Part shown: in pieces, positions 51,295-64,000 of the stretch | Numbering within the stretch: the first letter of the stretch is position 1 | How the letters are laid out: every line of letters begins with the position of its first letter | Position numbers and translations under genes: made by a program | Source: Alphaproteobacteria bacterium | GTDB taxonomy: Bacteria; Pseudomonadota; Alphaproteobacteria; JBFXJJ01 | Length of the DNA stretch: 64,000 nucleotides | Direction: 5' to 3' | Assembly: GCA_050175015.1 (NCBI GenBank) | Contig: JBFXJJ010000004.1 | Span: forward strand, 96,001 to 160,000 | Notes under the pieces: generated by a model | What the model was told of the DNA's origin: nothing | Database searches by the model: none | What the model saw: only the letters and a program-made list of their open reading frames with translations

Positions 51295-52485
51295 TTATTT
51301 TACGATAGATGCTACCACTCCTGCACCTACTGTACGACCACCTTCTCTAATCGCAAATCTTAAGCCTTCATCCATCGCAATCGGAGCTATTAGATTGATC
51401 TTCATAGAAATGTTATCGCCTGGCATAACCATCTCTACTCCTGATGGTAATTCTATCGAACCGGTTACGTCCGTTGTTCTAAAATAAAACTGGGGACGAT
51501 AGTTCGAGAAAAATGGAGTATGACGACCACCTTCTTCTTTTGTTAAAATATAACATTCACAATTGAATTCGGTATGTGGTGTAATTGAACCTGGTTTTGC
51601 TAATACTTGACCACGTTCAACGTCATCTCTTTTCGTGCCTCTCAATAAAACACCAATGTTGTCGCCTGCTTCGCCTTGATCAAGAAGCTTACGGAACATT
51701 TCAACACCCGTACAAGTAGTCTTCGTGGTATCTTTTAAACCTACTATCTCTACTTCTTCGCCTACTTTCAATACGCCGCGTTCTACTCTGCCGGTTACAA
51801 CTGTACCACGGCCAGAAATAGAAAATACGTCTTCAATTGGCATCAAAAATGGTAAATCTTTGGGACGATCTGGTTGTGGAATATATTTGTCAACTTCTGC
51901 CATCAACTTCAATACTGCTTCCTTACCAATCTTTGGATCCTTGTCTTCCAACACTGCTAATGCTGAACCAGGGATAATTGGAATATCATCGCCTGGGAAA
52001 TCATAAGAAGATAATAATTCTCTCAGCTCTAATTCAACTAATTCCAATAATTCTGGATCGTCTACTTGGTCAACCTTATTCAAAAATACTACTAACGCTG
52101 GAACACCTACTTGTCTTGCTAACAAAATGTGCTCTCTCGTCTGTGGCATTGGACCATCAGCTGCTGATACTACTAATATCGCTCCGTCCATCTGAGCTGC
52201 TCCAGTAATCATGTTCTTAACATAGTCAGCATGTCCCGGACAGTCTACGTGCGCATAGTGCCTATTCGCTGTCTCATACTCTACGTGTGCTGTAGATATG
52301 GTGATACCTCTAGCTTTCTCTTCCGGTGCCTTGTCTATCTGGTCATATGCTGTAAACTCTGCACCACCTGCTTCCGCTAATACTTTCGTGATCGCTGCCG
52401 TTAATGAGGTCTTGCCATGGTCTACGTGACCTATCGTACCTATGTTACAATGCGGCTTCGTCCTCTCAAATTTCTCCTTAGCCAT
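51295..52485 (-). CDS. tuf: Elongation factor Tu
   Basis: [31 protein letters not shown]. Confidence 0.99.
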   Translation of the reverse strand: MAKEKFERTKPHCNIGTIGHVDHGKTSLTAAITKVLAEAGGAEFTAYDQIDKAPEEKARGITISTAHVEYETANRHYAHVDCPGHADYVKNMITGAAQMDGAILVVSAADGPMPQTREHILLARQVGVPALVVFLNKVDQVDDPELLELVELELRELLSSYDFPGDDIPIIPGSALAVLEDKDPKIGKEAVLKLMAEVDKYIPQPDRPKDLPFLMPIEDVFSISGRGTVVTGRVERGVLKVGEEVEIVGLKDTTKTTCTGVEMFRKLLDQGEAGDNIGVLLRGTKRDDVERGQVLAKPGSITPHTEFNCECYILTKEEGGRHTPFFSNYRPQFYFRTTDVTGSIELPSGVEMVMPGDNISMKINLIAPIAMDEGLRFAIREGGRTVGAGVVASIVK

Positions 52486-52535
52486 CTATCTTACTCCATC
52501 TATATAAAAATAAGTTATAAAATAAAAATTGTGAA

Positions 52536-54623
52536 TTAACCTGCTAATTTGGTTTTAATTTCTTCGAAAACATTGTTTGGAACTTCTGCATAATGTCCAA
52601 AATGCATTGAATATTGTGCACGTCCCTGGCTCATAGAGCGCAATGTATTAACATAACCAAACATAGAAGCTAAAGGAACAAAAGCTGAAATAACTCTAGC
52701 ATTTCCACGCTGTTCCATACCGTTAACTTGGCCTCTGCGACTGTTAAGATCGCCAATAATATCACCCATATATTCTTCTGGGGTAACAACTTCCACTTTC
52801 ATAACAGGCTCTAAAAGTTTAGGACCACCCTTCATCATACCTTCTCTAAAAGCTGCTCTTGCAGCAATTTCAAAAGCCATAACACTTGAGTCAACATCGT
52901 GATAAGCACCATCATAAAGGGTAGCTTTGATGTCAGCACAAGGGAAGCCTGCAATTGGACCAGCTTCCATAGCTGATCTAATGCCTTTTTCAACACCTGG
53001 AATATATTCTTTAGGAACATTACCACCGACAACTTTATTCTCAAAGGTAAAGCCTAAGCCTGCTTCTTGAGGCTGGAATGTAATTTTAACTCTAGCAAAC
53101 TGACCAGCACCGCCAGATTGTTTCTTATGAGTATAATCAACATCACATAACTTAGTGATGGTTTCACGATAAGCAACCTGAGGAGCGCCAACGTTAGCTT
53201 CAACCTTAAATTCACGTTTCATACGATCAACGATAATTTCGAGGTGAAGTTCTCCCATTCCTTTAATAATGGTTTGTCCGCTTTCTTTATCAACAGAAAC
53301 TCTAAAAGAAGGATCTTCCATAGCTAAACGTTGAAGAGCTGCACTCATTTTTTCAACATCAGCTTGTGTTTTAGGCTCTACAGCAACTTCAATAACAGGA
53401 TCTGGGAATTCCATCTTTTCAAGAATGACTTCATTGTTTGTATCACAAATAGTCTCACCTGTTGTGGTGTCTTTTAAGCCAACGAGAGCTACAATATCAC
53501 CAGCATATGCTTCTTTAATATCTTCACGGTGATTAGCATGCATTAGAAGCATACGACCAATTCTTTCTTTTTTATCTTTTACTGAATTAAGAGTCGTAAC
53601 ACCACTTTGAAGAGTTCCTGAGTAAATTCTCGCAAAGGTTAATGAGCCAACATAAGGGTCGTTCATAACTTTAAAAGCTAAAGCTGAGAAAGGTTCCTTA
53701 TCATCAGGTTTACGGAATACTTCAACTTCTTCATTGTTAGTAACAATTTTGACACCTCTTACAGGAGGAATATCAAGTGGTGATGGCAAATAATCAACAA
53801 CAGCATCTAACAAAGTTTGAACACCTTTGTTTTTAAAGGCTGTACCACAAAGCACTGGGAAGAATGTCATAGAAATCACACCCTTACGGATACAGGCTTT
53901 TATAGTTTTTTCATCAATTTCCTTACCTTCAAGATAAGCTTCCATTACAGCATCATCTGTTTCAACGGCTGTTTCGATTAATTTTGCATGATAATCTTCG
54001 GTTGCATCTTTTAAATCATCAGGAACATCTGTAACAACAAATTCAGCACCAAGGGATTCATCTTTCCAAATGATTGCCTTTTTCTGCAAAACGTCAATGA
54101 CACCTTTAAACTCAGATTCAGCACCGATTGGCAGTTGTAATACCAAAGGTACAGCCCCGAGTCTCTTTTTGATCATATCGACGCACATATCAAAATTAGC
54201 GCCAATTCTATCCATTTTGTTTAAGAAACATATTCTTGGAACTTTATATTTATCAGCCTGACGCCAAACCGTTTCAGACTGAGGTTCAACACCTGCAACA
54301 GAGTCAAAAACAGCTACAGCACCGTCTAAAACACGCAAAGATCTTTCAACTTCAATCGTGAAGTCAACGTGTCCCGGAGTATCAATGATGTTAACTCTAT
54401 GATCTTTCCAGTAAGCGGTAGTTGCAGCTGATGTAATTGTAATACCACGTTCTTGTTCTTGTTCCATCCAGTCCATTGTGGCGTTACCATCATGAACTTC
54501 ACCGATTTTATAAGATTTACCTGTATAGTAAAGAATACGTTCAGTTGTGGTGGTTTTTCCAGCATCAATATGTGCCATGATGCCGATGTTTCTATATTTT
54601 TCAACTGGGGTTGTACGAGCCAT
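52536..54623 (-). CDS. fusA: Elongation factor G
   Basis: [28 protein letters not shown]. Confidence 0.99.
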   Translation of the reverse strand: MARTTPVEKYRNIGIMAHIDAGKTTTTERILYYTGKSYKIGEVHDGNATMDWMEQEQERGITITSAATTAYWKDHRVNIIDTPGHVDFTIEVERSLRVLDGAVAVFDSVAGVEPQSETVWRQADKYKVPRICFLNKMDRIGANFDMCVDMIKKRLGAVPLVLQLPIGAESEFKGVIDVLQKKAIIWKDESLGAEFVVTDVPDDLKDATEDYHAKLIETAVETDDAVMEAYLEGKEIDEKTIKACIRKGVISMTFFPVLCGTAFKNKGVQTLLDAVVDYLPSPLDIPPVRGVKIVTNNEEVEVFRKPDDKEPFSALAFKVMNDPYVGSLTFARIYSGTLQSGVTTLNSVKDKKERIGRMLLMHANHREDIKEAYAGDIVALVGLKDTTTGETICDTNNEVILEKMEFPDPVIEVAVEPKTQADVEKMSAALQRLAMEDPSFRVSVDKESGQTIIKGMGELHLEIIVDRMKREFKVEANVGAPQVAYRETITKLCDVDYTHKKQSGGAGQFARVKITFQPQEAGLGFTFENKVVGGNVPKEYIPGVEKGIRSAMEAGPIAGFPCADIKATLYDGAYHDVDSSVMAFEIAARAAFREGMMKGGPKLLEPVMKVEVVTPEEYMGDIIGDLNSRRGQVNGMEQRGNARVISAFVPLASMFGYVNTLRSMSQGRAQYSMHFGHYAEVPNNVFEEIKTKLAG

Positions 54624-54647
54624 TATCAGCTTTTCCTTAAATTTTAT

Positions 54648-55118
54648 TTACCAACGATAGTGAGAGAAAGCTTTATTAGCTTCTGCCATCTTATGAGTAT
54701 CTTCACGTTTTTTTACGGCAGACCCTCTATTTGCAGCGGCATCAATAAATTCTGCTGCAAGTCTTTCAACCATTGTTTTTTCTGAACGGTTTCTAGCGGC
54801 TCCAATAATCCAACGAATAGAAAGTGCCTGTCTACGTTCTGGACGAACTTCAACTGGTACCTGATAAGTAGCACCACCTACACGGCGGGATCTAACTTCT
54901 ACTGAAGGTTTTACATTATCAATAGCTTCATGAAAGCTTTTCAATGCATCTTGTCTGGTTTTTTCAGAAAGACGATCTAAAGCACTGTAAACGATTTTTT
55001 CTGCAGTTGCTTTTTTACCTTGTTCCATTACACAATTCATAAATTTAGCAACAACGAGATCGCCATATTTTGCATCTGGCAATACTTCACGTTTTACTGC
55101 TGCGTGACGACGAGACAT
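54648..55118 (-). CDS. rpsG: 30S ribosomal protein S7
   Basis: [30 protein letters not shown]. Confidence 0.98.
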   Translation of the reverse strand: MSRRHAAVKREVLPDAKYGDLVVAKFMNCVMEQGKKATAEKIVYSALDRLSEKTRQDALKSFHEAIDNVKPSVEVRSRRVGGATYQVPVEVRPERRQALSIRWIIGAARNRSEKTMVERLAAEFIDAAANRGSAVKKREDTHKMAEANKAFSHYRW

Positions 55119-55130
55119 AGTTTAAATTCC

Positions 55131-55502
55131 TTATTTTGGACGCTTTGCACCATATTTTGAACGGCGCTGACGTCTATCATTAACACCTTGAGTATCTAAA
55201 GTACCACGAATTACATGGTAACGAACACCAGGTAAGTCCTTTACACGACCACCTCTAATCATAACGACTGAGTGTTCCTGAAGATTGTGGCCTTCACCAG
55301 GAATATAACTTGTAACTTCCTGACCATTTGTAAGTCTTACACGAGCTACTTTACGAAGAGCCGAGTTTGGTTTTTTTGGAGTTGTTGTATAAACTCTGGT
55401 ACAAACTCCACGTTTCTGCGGGCAAGCTTCAAGAGCTGGCACTTTATTACGCTTTTCAATAGGTGTCCGCGATTTGCGGATTAACTGGTTAATAGTTGGC
55501 AT
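55131..55502 (-). CDS. rpsL: 30S ribosomal protein S12
   Basis: MPTINQL (ATG 55502), [20 protein letters not shown]. Confidence 0.98.
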   Translation of the reverse strand: MPTINQLIRKSRTPIEKRNKVPALEACPQKRGVCTRVYTTTPKKPNSALRKVARVRLTNGQEVTSYIPGEGHNLQEHSVVMIRGGRVKDLPGVRYHVIRGTLDTQGVNDRRQRRSKYGAKRPK

Positions 55503-55665
55503 ATCTTTCAAACCTTTTTTAGACAATTAAAAGTCTTAAATTAAAATTGAAGAAACCATAAAAAGGCAATTCTAAAAAAACTGTCTCTTTAAAGCTTTTC
55601 TTAAATTAAATATTTAGGCATAACTTTAAAGGGTATTCTCCATTTAAAGTATACCAAGATTGCGA

Positions 55666-55694
55666 ATACTAGTTGGGACTTCGCATTTCGTCAA
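55666..55694 (-). promoter_or_regulatory. Sigma70 promoter of the str operon
   Basis: TTGACG-N17-TAGTAT on the minus strand. Confidence 0.65.
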
Positions 55695-55762
55695 GATTTA
55701 ATCTTGTTTTTTTAGTCTTTTTTATGAAAAAAGCCCAAAAAAAGAAAAAACCTTATAAAAAT

Positions 55763-55806
55763 TTAAAAGTTAAGGGGTTGAATTAAACAACCCCATAACT
55801 TTTTAA
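55763..55806 (-). terminator. Terminator after rpoC
   Basis: AAAAGTTA.GGGGTTG/CAACCCC.TAACTTTT hairpin. Confidence 0.7.
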
Positions 55807-55840
55807 TTAATAAAACAAGCATAAATTTTATGTGTTTTAT

Positions 55841-58800
55841 CTATTCAGCTTTAGAATCGGTTATAGCTGCAACTTCGTTTTCTTTCTTTATGGTAGCCAT
55901 TTCTTTATCATTTTGCGCAGCAATATGACGCAAACGGTTCATAAAGGCTCCCGTTCCAGTTGGAACCAAACGACCAACAATAACGTTTTCTTTCAGACCA
56001 TTCAAAGTATCAACTTTACCAGAAACAGAAGCCTCGGTTAATACTCTAGTTGTTTCTTGGAATGATGCCGCAGAAATAAATGATTTTGTCTGTAAGCTTG
56101 CTTTGGTAATACCAAGCAATACAGGTTCTGCAACTGCTGGTTTTCCACCTTCAGCTTCAGCTTTCTCATTTTCAGTCTTGAAAGTATCTAAATCAACCTG
56201 TTCTCCAAGCAGAAGCGTGGTATCACCGGTCTCAATAATTTCAACTTTCTGCAACATTTGACGAACGATAACTTCAATGTGTTTGTCATTGATTTTAACG
56301 CCTTGCAGACGGTAAACATCTTGAACTTCTTTAATTAAGTATTCTGCGAGTTTTTCAACACCTAAAATCCTTAATATGTCGTGAGGAACAGGGCTGCCGT
56401 CAACTAAGCTATCACCCTTGCGGACAAAGCTTCCTTCTTGGACAACCACGTGTTTACCCTTAGGTATCAAATATTCAACTTCTTCACCGTTTTCAGTCTT
56501 AATAACGATACGGCGTTTTGCTTTATAATCGCTTGCAAATTCAACCGTACCATCAGCTGTTGCAATAATAGCGTGATCTTTTGGACGTCTTGCTTCAAAT
56601 AACTCCGCAACTCGTGGCAAACCACCTGTAATATCTTTCGTTTTAGAGCTTTCTCTTGGTATTTTAGCTAAAACGTCACCGACTTTAACTTTGCTGCCAG
56701 GTTCAACTGAAATAATCGCATCAACTGACATAAAGTATCTTGCATCCATACCGTTATCAAATTTAACAATCTCATTATTGTCATCACGAAGCGTCATTCT
56801 TGGTTTTAAATCACTAGTTTTAGGCTGTGATTTCCAATCAATAACAACTTTAGAAGCAATACCTGTTGTTTCATCAACATTTTCACGATAAGAAACATTT
56901 TCAATCAAGTCGACAAAGTTTACGATACCTTCTTTTTCGGTAATGATTGGAATGGTATATGGATCCCACTCTACCAACTTCATACCTTTTGTTACATCAA
57001 TCTTATCTTTAATTAAGATTCTAGCACCATAAGGAATGCGGTATCTAGCTTTTTCACGTTTGTTACTATCAATAATAGCGACTTCGCAGTTACGTGACAT
57101 AACAATCGCGATACCTTGAGAATTCTTAATAACATTTTTGTTATAGAATTTTATTTTACCATCAAAGGCAGCCTCGATACTTGACTGCTGAGCACTACTT
57201 TGCGCAGCACCACCAATGTGGAACGTTCTCATTGTAAGCTGTGTTCCAGGTTCACCGATTGACTGAGCAGCGATAACACCAACAGCCTCACCGATGTTAA
57301 CTGGTGTTCCTCTTGCCAAATCACGACCATAACAAGCCGAACATACACCATCTTTACTTTCGCAAGTAAGAACAGAACGAATAAATAAACTTTCAATTCC
57401 AGCTTCTTCTAAAAGCTCAACATCGTGTTCATCTATAAGCTTGCCTTTAGGAACAATAACGTCCTTAGTTTCAGGATGGATAACATCTTCTTGAGATGTT
57501 CTGCCAAGCACTCTTTCACCTAAGGAAGCAATAACTTCACCACCATCAAGAATAGAACGTACAGTAATGCCTCTCTCTGTGCCACAATCATTTTGAGTAA
57601 TAATTGCGTCTTGAGCGACGTCAACCAACCTTCTGGTCAAATAACCTGAGTTCGCAGTCTTAAGAGCGGTATCAGCCAAACCTTTACGAGCACCGTGGGT
57701 AGAATTAAAGTATTCTAAAACGGTAAGACCTTCTTTAAAGTTTGAAATAATTGGAGTTTCAATAATTTCACCAGAAGGTTTAGCCATAAGACCACGCATA
57801 CCTGCGAGCTGTTTCATTTGAGCTGCGGAACCACGAGCACCAGAGTGAGCCATCATATAAACAGAGTTAACTGGCACGCCCTTTTCATATTTTGAAATTT
57901 CTTTCATCATTTCGTCAGAAACTTTATCGGTACAACGTGACCAAGCGTCAACAACCTTATTGTATTTTTCACCTTGAGTAATAAGACCTTCTTGGTACTG
58001 CTGTTCAAATTCTTTAACCTGATTTTCGGTTTCAGTAATAAGTTTGGTTTTAGTTTTTGGAACAACCAAATCATCTTTACCGAATGATACGCCAGATTTA
58101 GCAGCTTGGCGGAAGCCTAAGCCCATTAATCTATCAGCAAAAATAACCGTTTCTTTCTGACCGCAGTGACGATAAACCACATCAATAATATCTGAAACAT
58201 CTTTCTTACGAAGAAGTCTGTTAACTAAAGAAACGTGAATTTTTGGGTTTTTAGGAAGCATTTCAGTAACCATCATTCTTCCTGGTGTGGTCTCAATAAT
58301 TTGAGTACGATAAACTCCAACCTCATCATAAGCGTTAATACGGCATTTAACTTTAGCGTGAAGACTTACAACTTTCTCATTAAGAGCGTGTTCAATTTCA
58401 GCTAAATCAGTAAATACTGTACCCTCACCTTTTTCACCTTCAAGTTCCATAGTTAAGTAGTAAAGACCAAGAATAATGTCTTGGGTTGGAACAATAATAG
58501 GCTTGCCGTTTGCAGGAGAAAGAATGTTGTTTGTTGACATCATAAGCACACGGGCTTCAAGCTGAGCTTCAAGTGAAAGTGGAACGTGAACAGCCATTTG
58601 GTCGCCGTCAAAGTCTGCGTTAAATGCAGTACAAACTAACGGATGCAACTGAATAGCCTTACCTTCAATCAAAACAGGTTCAAAAGCTTGAATACCTAAT
58701 CTATGAAGCGTTGGAGCACGGTTTAACATAACTGGATGTTCGCGGATAACTTCTTCCAAAATATCCCAAACTTCAGGTCTTTCTCTTTCGACCATACGTT

Positions 58801-59995
58801 TTGCTGCTTTAATAGTTGTAGCCATTCCGTACAGCTCTAATTTAGCATAAACAAACGGTTTAAAGAGTTCTAATGCCATTTTCTTAGGAAGACCGCATTG
58901 ATGCAATAATAATTCAGGACCAACAACGATAACTGAACGTCCAGAGTAATCAACACGTTTACCTAATAAGTTTTGACGGAAACGACCTTGTTTACCTTTA
59001 AGCATATCAGCCAAAGATTTAAGAGGACGTTTGTTAGCACCTGTAATCGCTCTGCCTCTGCGACCGTTGTCAAACAATGCATCAACAGATTCCTGAAGCA
59101 TACGTTTTTCATTACGAATAATGATTTCTGGTGCTCTGAGTTCAATCAATCTTTTTAAACGATTATTACGGTTGATAACTCTACGATATAAGTCATTCAA
59201 ATCTGATGTTGCAAAACGACCGCCATCTAATGGAACCAAAGGACGCAACTCTGGTGGAATAACAGGGATAACATCTAAAATCATCCATTCTGGTCTAGAA
59301 TTAGATTCAATAAATGCTTCACAAAGTTTAAGTCTTTTTACAAGCTTTTTGCGTCTAGTTTCTGAATTGGTACCCTTTAATTCAGATTTGATTTTTTTCA
59401 GTTCTTCTTCTAAATCAATTTGAGAAAGAATTTCTTTAATTGCTTCAGCGCCAATACCAACTCTAAAAGCATCTTCACCGTAATCTTCTACAGCTTGCTG
59501 ATATTGCTCTTCGTTAAGAAGATCGTGAAGTTTTAATGGTGTAAACCCTGGTTCAATAACTATATAGCTCTCAAAATAGAGAACTTTTTCTAAACCTTTT
59601 AAAGTCATATCGACTAATAAACCGATACGGCTAGGAAGTGATTTCATAAACCAGATATGAGAAACTGGAGCAGCTAAATCGATATGCCCCATACGTTCAC
59701 GACGTACTTTGGAAAGCGTGACTTCAACACCGCACTTTTCACAAACAACGCCTCTGAATTTCATTCTCTTATATTTTCCGCAAAGACATTCATAGTCTTT
59801 AATCGGTCCAAAAATCCTAGAACAGAAAAGTCCATCTCTTTCTGGTTTAAATGTACGATAATTAATTGTTTCTGGTTTTTTTACTTCACCATAAGACCAA
59901 GATCTTATTTTTTCAGGTGATGCAATACTAATTTTTATTTCATCAAAAGATTGGGAGTTACTAACTTGCCCAAACACTTTAATCAGCTCATTCAT
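55841..59995 (-). CDS. rpoC: RNA polymerase beta' subunit
   Basis: KPETINYRT, Zn-finger [27 protein letters not shown]. Confidence 0.99.
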   Translation of the reverse strand: MNELIKVFGQVSNSQSFDEIKISIASPEKIRSWSYGEVKKPETINYRTFKPERDGLFCSRIFGPIKDYECLCGKYKRMKFRGVVCEKCGVEVTLSKVRRERMGHIDLAAPVSHIWFMKSLPSRIGLLVDMTLKGLEKVLYFESYIVIEPGFTPLKLHDLLNEEQYQQAVEDYGEDAFRVGIGAEAIKEILSQIDLEEELKKIKSELKGTNSETRRKKLVKRLKLCEAFIESNSRPEWMILDVIPVIPPELRPLVPLDGGRFATSDLNDLYRRVINRNNRLKRLIELRAPEIIIRNEKRMLQESVDALFDNGRRGRAITGANKRPLKSLADMLKGKQGRFRQNLLGKRVDYSGRSVIVVGPELLLHQCGLPKKMALELFKPFVYAKLELYGMATTIKAAKRMVERERPEVWDILEEVIREHPVMLNRAPTLHRLGIQAFEPVLIEGKAIQLHPLVCTAFNADFDGDQMAVHVPLSLEAQLEARVLMMSTNNILSPANGKPIIVPTQDIILGLYYLTMELEGEKGEGTVFTDLAEIEHALNEKVVSLHAKVKCRINAYDEVGVYRTQIIETTPGRMMVTEMLPKNPKIHVSLVNRLLRKKDVSDIIDVVYRHCGQKETVIFADRLMGLGFRQAAKSGVSFGKDDLVVPKTKTKLITETENQVKEFEQQYQEGLITQGEKYNKVVDAWSRCTDKVSDEMMKEISKYEKGVPVNSVYMMAHSGARGSAAQMKQLAGMRGLMAKPSGEIIETPIISNFKEGLTVLEYFNSTHGARKGLADTALKTANSGYLTRRLVDVAQDAIITQNDCGTERGITVRSILDGGEVIASLGERVLGRTSQEDVIHPETKDVIVPKGKLIDEHDVELLEEAGIESLFIRSVLTCESKDGVCSACYGRDLARGTPVNIGEAVGVIAAQSIGEPGTQLTMRTFHIGGAAQSSAQQSSIEAAFDGKIKFYNKNVIKNSQGIAIVMSRNCEVAIIDSNKREKARYRIPYGARILIKDKIDVTKGMKLVEWDPYTIPIITEKEGIVNFVDLIENVSYRENVDETTGIASKVVIDWKSQPKTSDLKPRMTLRDDNNEIVKFDNGMDARYFMSVDAIISVEPGSKVKVGDVLAKIPRESSKTKDITGGLPRVAELFEARRPKDHAIIATADGTVEFASDYKAKRRIVIKTENGEEVEYLIPKGKHVVVQEGSFVRKGDSLVDGSPVPHDILRILGVEKLAEYLIKEVQDVYRLQGVKINDKHIEVIVRQMLQKVEIIETGDTTLLLGEQVDLDTFKTENEKAEAEGGKPAVAEPVLLGITKASLQTKSFISAASFQETTRVLTEASVSGKVDTLNGLKENVIVGRLVPTGTGAFMNRLRHIAAQNDKEMATIKKENEVAAITDSKAE

Positions 59996-60075
59996 TATGA
60001 TGCCTCTCTAAAACTTTCTTGAAACTTATACGGGTATTAGTTCCTAATGGTTATAAACTCTTTTTTTAAAAACAC

Positions 60076-60112
60076 AAATGTTTAAGAGGATAAAAAATCC
60101 TCTTAAACATTT
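60076..60112. terminator. 16-bp perfect hairpin between rpoB and rpoC
   Basis: AAATGTTTAAGAGGAT-AAAAA-ATCCTCTTAAACATTT. Confidence 0.55.
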
Positions 60113-60118
60113 TTTTAA

Positions 60119-63100
60119 CTATACATCTTTCTGATTCAACTCAACATTGAGACCGAGAGAACGAATTTCCTTAACAAGAACGTTAAATGACTCAGGAACC
60201 CCTGCTTCAAACGTATCATCGCCACGAATAATCGACTCATAGACTTTAGCTCTGCCAGAAACATCATCAGACTTAACTGTTAACATTTCCTGCAAAGTAT
60301 AAGCTGCACCATATGCTTCTAAAGCCCAAACTTCCATTTCACCGAATCTTTGTCCGCCGAATTGAGCCTTGCCGCCTAACGGCTGTTGGGTAACCAAACT
60401 ATAAGGACCAATTGAACGAGCGTGAATTTTGTCATCAACTAAGTGATGGAGTTTAAGCATATAAATATAACCAATAGTGGTTGGGCGATCAAAAGCTTCA
60501 CCTGTTCTTCCATCATAAAGAACAACCTGTCCGCTTCTTGGAAGCCCTGCTTTTTCAAGCATATCAACGATATCTTTCTCTTTAGCACCATCAAAAACTG
60601 GCGTTGCAATAGGAACACCTTTTTTCAGGTTTTCAGAAAGCTCTAAAACTTTTTCGTCGTCAAGTGAAGCTATTTCCTTTCTAAAGGTTTCCTTACCATA
60701 AACATTAAGAAGAGTATCTTTTAAATCATCAATATTTTTCTTGTTGTATTTAATATCTTCTAAGAGTCTAGTAATCTGTTCACCAAAAGCGTGACAAGCC
60801 CAGCCTAAATGGGTTTCCAAAATTTGTCCCACATTCATACGTGATGGCACACCTAAAGGATTAAGCACAAGATCAACAGGCGTACCGTCTTCGGTATAAG
60901 GCATATCTTCAACAGGAATAATTCTTGAAACCACACCTTTATTACCATGACGACCAGCCATTTTATCTCCAGGTTGCAATTTACGCTTAACAGCAATAAA
61001 TACTTTAACCATTTTCAAAACGCCTGGAAGCATTTCATCGCCACGTTGAAGTTTCTTAACCTTGTTTTCAAAACGAGCCTTAAGAATTTCAATGTTTTTA
61101 TCAAAGACTGTAGCCATTTTTTCAATATCTTTCATAGCTTCTTCATCTTCGACAACGATTTTGCGCCACTGTGAACTTGGAACTCTTGCTAAAATTTCTT
61201 CATTAAGAATTTCATTCACATTAATGCCTTCTGGAGCATTAACAACCTTCTTACCCAAGAGTTCTTCTTTAAGACGAGCATCAAAGCTTACTTGTAAAAT
61301 AGATTTTTCGTCATCACGGTCTTTTGCAAGGCGTTCAATTTCTGCCTGCTCAATAGCCATAGCACGTTGATCTTTTTCAACACCTCTTCTAGAGAAGACA
61401 CGAACATCAACGATTGTTCCGTAAACACCAGGAGGAACTCTTAAAGATGTATCTCTTACATCAGCTGCTTTTTCACCAAAAATAGCTCTCAGAAGCTTTT
61501 CTTCTGGCGTCATTGGAGATTCACCCTTAGGGGTAACTTTACCAACGAGAATATCTCCAGCTTCAACTTCTGCGCCGATATAAACGACACCGGCTTCATC
61601 AAGATTTTTAAGAGCTTCTTCACCAACGTTAGGAATATCTCTAGTTATTTCCTCTTGACCAAGCTTGGTATCACGAGCCATAACCTCAAATTCTTCAACG
61701 TGAATAGAGGTAAAGACATCTTCTTTAACAATACGTTCAGAAATCAAAATTGAATCTTCGTAGTTGTAACCATTCCAAGGCATAAATGCGACCAAAACGT
61801 TACGACCCAAAGCTAATTCGCCCATATCAGTACAAGGACCATCAGCAATAATATCACCAACTCTTACAATGTCACCAACTGAAACCAATGGTTTTTGATT
61901 GATACATGTACTCTGGTTAGAACGAAGGAATTTATTAAGGTTATAAATTTCAACGCCAGTCTCTGTTGAAGTTTTCTTATCTGTGCAGCGGACAACAATA
62001 CGAGTACCGTCAATTTGTTGAACAATACCATTAGAACGAGCCACAATAGCTGCACGAGAGTCTCTGGCAACAGCACCTTCCATACCAGTACCAACTAATG
62101 GTGCCTCGTTCTTAAGAAGAGGAACAGCTTGACGCTGCATGTTTGATCCCATCAATGCACGGTTTGCGTCATCGTTTTCCAAGAATGGAATTAAAGCCGC
62201 AGCAACCGAAACCAACTGTTTAGGAGAAACGTCAATAAAATGAATTTCTTCTGGAGGAACAATTACAAAGCCATCAGCTTTACGACAGTAAACCAGTTCT
62301 TCTTTAAAGCGATTCTTGCTATCAAGCTCTGAATTTGCCTGAGCAATGTTATAACGCCATTCTTCCATAGCAGAAAGATATACAACTTCATCTGTAACAT
62401 GGCCGTCAACAACTCTGCGATAAGGACTTTCGATAAAACCATAACGGTTTACTCTTGCAAAAGTAGCAAGAGAGTTAATCAAACCAATATTAGGACCTTC
62501 AGGCGTTTCAATAGGACAAATACGACCATAATGGGTTGGGTGAACGTCTCGAACTTCGAAGCCTGCACGTTCACGGGTAAGACCACCAGGACCCAAAGCC
62601 GAAAGACGTCTTTTATGTGTAATTTCTGCTAAAGGATTGGTCTGATCCATAAACTGAGATAACTGAGAAGAACCAAAGAATTCACGAACAGATGCAACAA
62701 CAGGTTTTGCATTAATCAAATCCTGAGGCATAACAGTATCAATATCAACAGAACTCATACGTTCACGAATAGCTCTTTCCATACGAAGAAGACCAATACG
62801 ATATTGATTTTCCATAAGTTCACCAACGGAACGGACACGTCTGTTGCCTAAGTGGTCAATATCATCAATTTCGCCCTTGCCGTCTTTTAAATCAGCAAGC
62901 GTTTTTACAATAAGAAGAATATCTTCTCTTCTTAAAACTCTCATATCGTCTGGAGCATCTTCTGCGCTAATATCAAGGCGGGCATTCATTTTTACACGAC
63001 CAACTGATGACAAATCATAGCGCTCAGGATCAAAGAACAAGCTATTAAATAAGTATTCTGCAGCCTCAATCGTAGGTGGTTCACCTGGGCGCATAACTCT

Positions 63101-64000
63101 ATAAATATCAATTAAAGCTTCTTCTCTAGATCTGTTTTTATCTACATCTAAAGTATTTCTGATGTAAGGACCAACATTAATGTTATCAATAAAAAGTAGT
63201 GAAATTTCATCAATGCCTGCTTTTTTCAATTTTTTAAGATTCTCAGCTGTAATTTCATCGCCAGGATTAATAAAAGCCTCATCTTCCTTGCCTTTGAATA
63301 TCGTCTGAGCAGAGTAAGAACCAACTAAATCTTCTTCTGTAATTAAAATCTCTTTCAAGCCTGATTCAACTAATTTCTTAGCCTGTCTTGGTGTAATTTT
63401 TTTGCCAGCTTCGGCTACGACTTCACCGTTTTCAGCATTAACTAAAGGATTTATTAGTTTAAGACCTTTCATTCTATCAGCATCAAATGAAGTCTTCCAA
63501 CCATTTTCAACTCTGGTATAAACAACGGTATCATAAAAATATGATAAAATATCTTCTGACGTTAAGCCTTTTACTTCATTAGGGCTTAAACTACGTCCAT
63601 CTTTTTCTGCTAGTTTGCGTTTTGCTGCGGTCTCTGCATTATCTAAAGCATAAAGGAACGTTGTAACAGGAAGCTTACGGCGGCGGTCGATACGTGCATA
63701 AATAACATCTTTATGGTCAAATTCGAAATCGAGCCAAGAACCACGATAAGGAATAATTCTGGCTGCAAACAAATATTTACCAGAAGAGTGTGTTTTGCCA
63801 CCATCATGATCGAAGAAAACACCAGGAGAACGGTGCATCTGAGAAACAATAACTCTTTCAGTGCCATTAACAACAAAGGTGCCTTTTGCCGTCATAAGAG
63901 GCATATCACCCATATAGACATCTTGTTCCTTGATATCTCTAACAGATCTGGCGCCGGTGTCTTCATCAACATCCCAAACAACCAGTCTCATTGTAACTCT
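60119..64000 (-). CDS. rpoB: RNA polymerase beta subunit (5' end outside the window)
   Basis: [42 protein letters not shown]. The frame stays open to the window edge. Confidence 0.99.
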   Translation of the reverse strand, partial: RVTMRLVVWDVDEDTGARSVRDIKEQDVYMGDMPLMTAKGTFVVNGTERVIVSQMHRSPGVFFDHDGGKTHSSGKYLFAARIIPYRGSWLDFEFDHKDVIYARIDRRRKLPVTTFLYALDNAETAAKRKLAEKDGRSLSPNEVKGLTSEDILSYFYDTVVYTRVENGWKTSFDADRMKGLKLINPLVNAENGEVVAEAGKKITPRQAKKLVESGLKEILITEEDLVGSYSAQTIFKGKEDEAFINPGDEITAENLKKLKKAGIDEISLLFIDNINVGPYIRNTLDVDKNRSREEALIDIYRVMRPGEPPTIEAAEYLFNSLFFDPERYDLSSVGRVKMNARLDISAEDAPDDMRVLRREDILLIVKTLADLKDGKGEIDDIDHLGNRRVRSVGELMENQYRIGLLRMERAIRERMSSVDIDTVMPQDLINAKPVVASVREFFGSSQLSQFMDQTNPLAEITHKRRLSALGPGGLTRERAGFEVRDVHPTHYGRICPIETPEGPNIGLINSLATFARVNRYGFIESPYRRVVDGHVTDEVVYLSAMEEWRYNIAQANSELDSKNRFKEELVYCRKADGFVIVPPEEIHFIDVSPKQLVSVAAALIPFLENDDANRALMGSNMQRQAVPLLKNEAPLVGTGMEGAVARDSRAAIVARSNGIVQQIDGTRIVVRCTDKKTSTETGVEIYNLNKFLRSNQSTCINQKPLVSVGDIVRVGDIIADGPCTDMGELALGRNVLVAFMPWNGYNYEDSILISERIVKEDVFTSIHVEEFEVMARDTKLGQEEITRDIPNVGEEALKNLDEAGVVYIGAEVEAGDILVGKVTPKGESPMTPEEKLLRAIFGEKAADVRDTSLRVPPGVYGTIVDVRVFSRRGVEKDQRAMAIEQAEIERLAKDRDDEKSILQVSFDARLKEELLGKKVVNAPEGINVNEILNEEILARVPSSQWRKIVVEDEEAMKDIEKMATVFDKNIEILKARFENKVKKLQRGDEMLPGVLKMVKVFIAVKRKLQPGDKMAGRHGNKGVVSRIIPVEDMPYTEDGTPVDLVLNPLGVPSRMNVGQILETHLGWACHAFGEQITRLLEDIKYNKKNIDDLKDTLLNVYGKETFRKEIASLDDEKVLELSENLKKGVPIATPVFDGAKEKDIVDMLEKAGLPRSGQVVLYDGRTGEAFDRPTTIGYIYMLKLHHLVDDKIHARSIGPYSLVTQQPLGGKAQFGGQRFGEMEVWALEAYGAAYTLQEMLTVKSDDVSGRAKVYESIIRGDDTFEAGVPESFNVLVKEIRSLGLNVELNQKDV

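Noticed and set aside
62600-62680. Rpo[12 protein letters not shown] (Ala at the E. coli S522 position) as a rifampicin-resistance allele
   Set aside because: Ala occurs naturally here in susceptible taxa such as Bacillus, and the key D, H and S residues are wild type.
36917-64000. Numerous small antisense and alternate-frame ORFs over ribosomal, rpo, fusA and tuf genes (also over nifJ, yej and asmA)
   Set aside because: They overlap highly conserved genes, have no recognisable motifs and are expected from codon bias.
1-64000. CRISPR arrays, IS elements, prophage, rRNA genes, introns or inteins
   Set aside because: No repeat-spacer periodicity and no transposase, integrase or phage genes. 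Core genes have normal lengths.

Overview
AT-rich alphaproteobacterial chromosomal region, probably a Rhodospirillales-like lineage. This is inferred from gene order (secY-adk-rpsM-rpsK-rpoA-rplQ with no rpsD or rpmJ; degP-rarA-rluC-HAD-asmA; hisN-yejABEF). From ~36.9 kb to the end it is the core rpoB-rpoC-str-S10-spc-alpha superoperon on the minus strand. The left 36 kb holds metG, a DHOD-like flavoprotein next to pyruvate:ferredoxin oxidoreductase, a small accessory or signalling patch (GT-C-like membrane protein, orphan CheW-like gene, membrane LytTR-like gene, and a protein ending in an LSQxEID peptide), accA, a TipN/GPR-like protein, hisN, yejABEF, a FliN-like gene heading a Kdo-lipid A operon, tRNA-Leu(GAG), lipB, an rOmpA-like autotransporter split by a 1-nt frameshift with a neighbouring lipoprotein hydrolase, and acyP, asmA, a HAD hydrolase, rluC, rarA and degP. 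I saw no CRISPR array, IS, prophage or rRNA gene. The best leads are the 7.1-9.4 kb signalling-like module with a structured intergenic RNA, the frameshifted autotransporter and hydrolase pair, the PFOR-coupled DHOD-like protein lacking the catalytic Cys, and the atypical codon usage of tuf. All family calls come from motif recognition by eye; no database searches were run.
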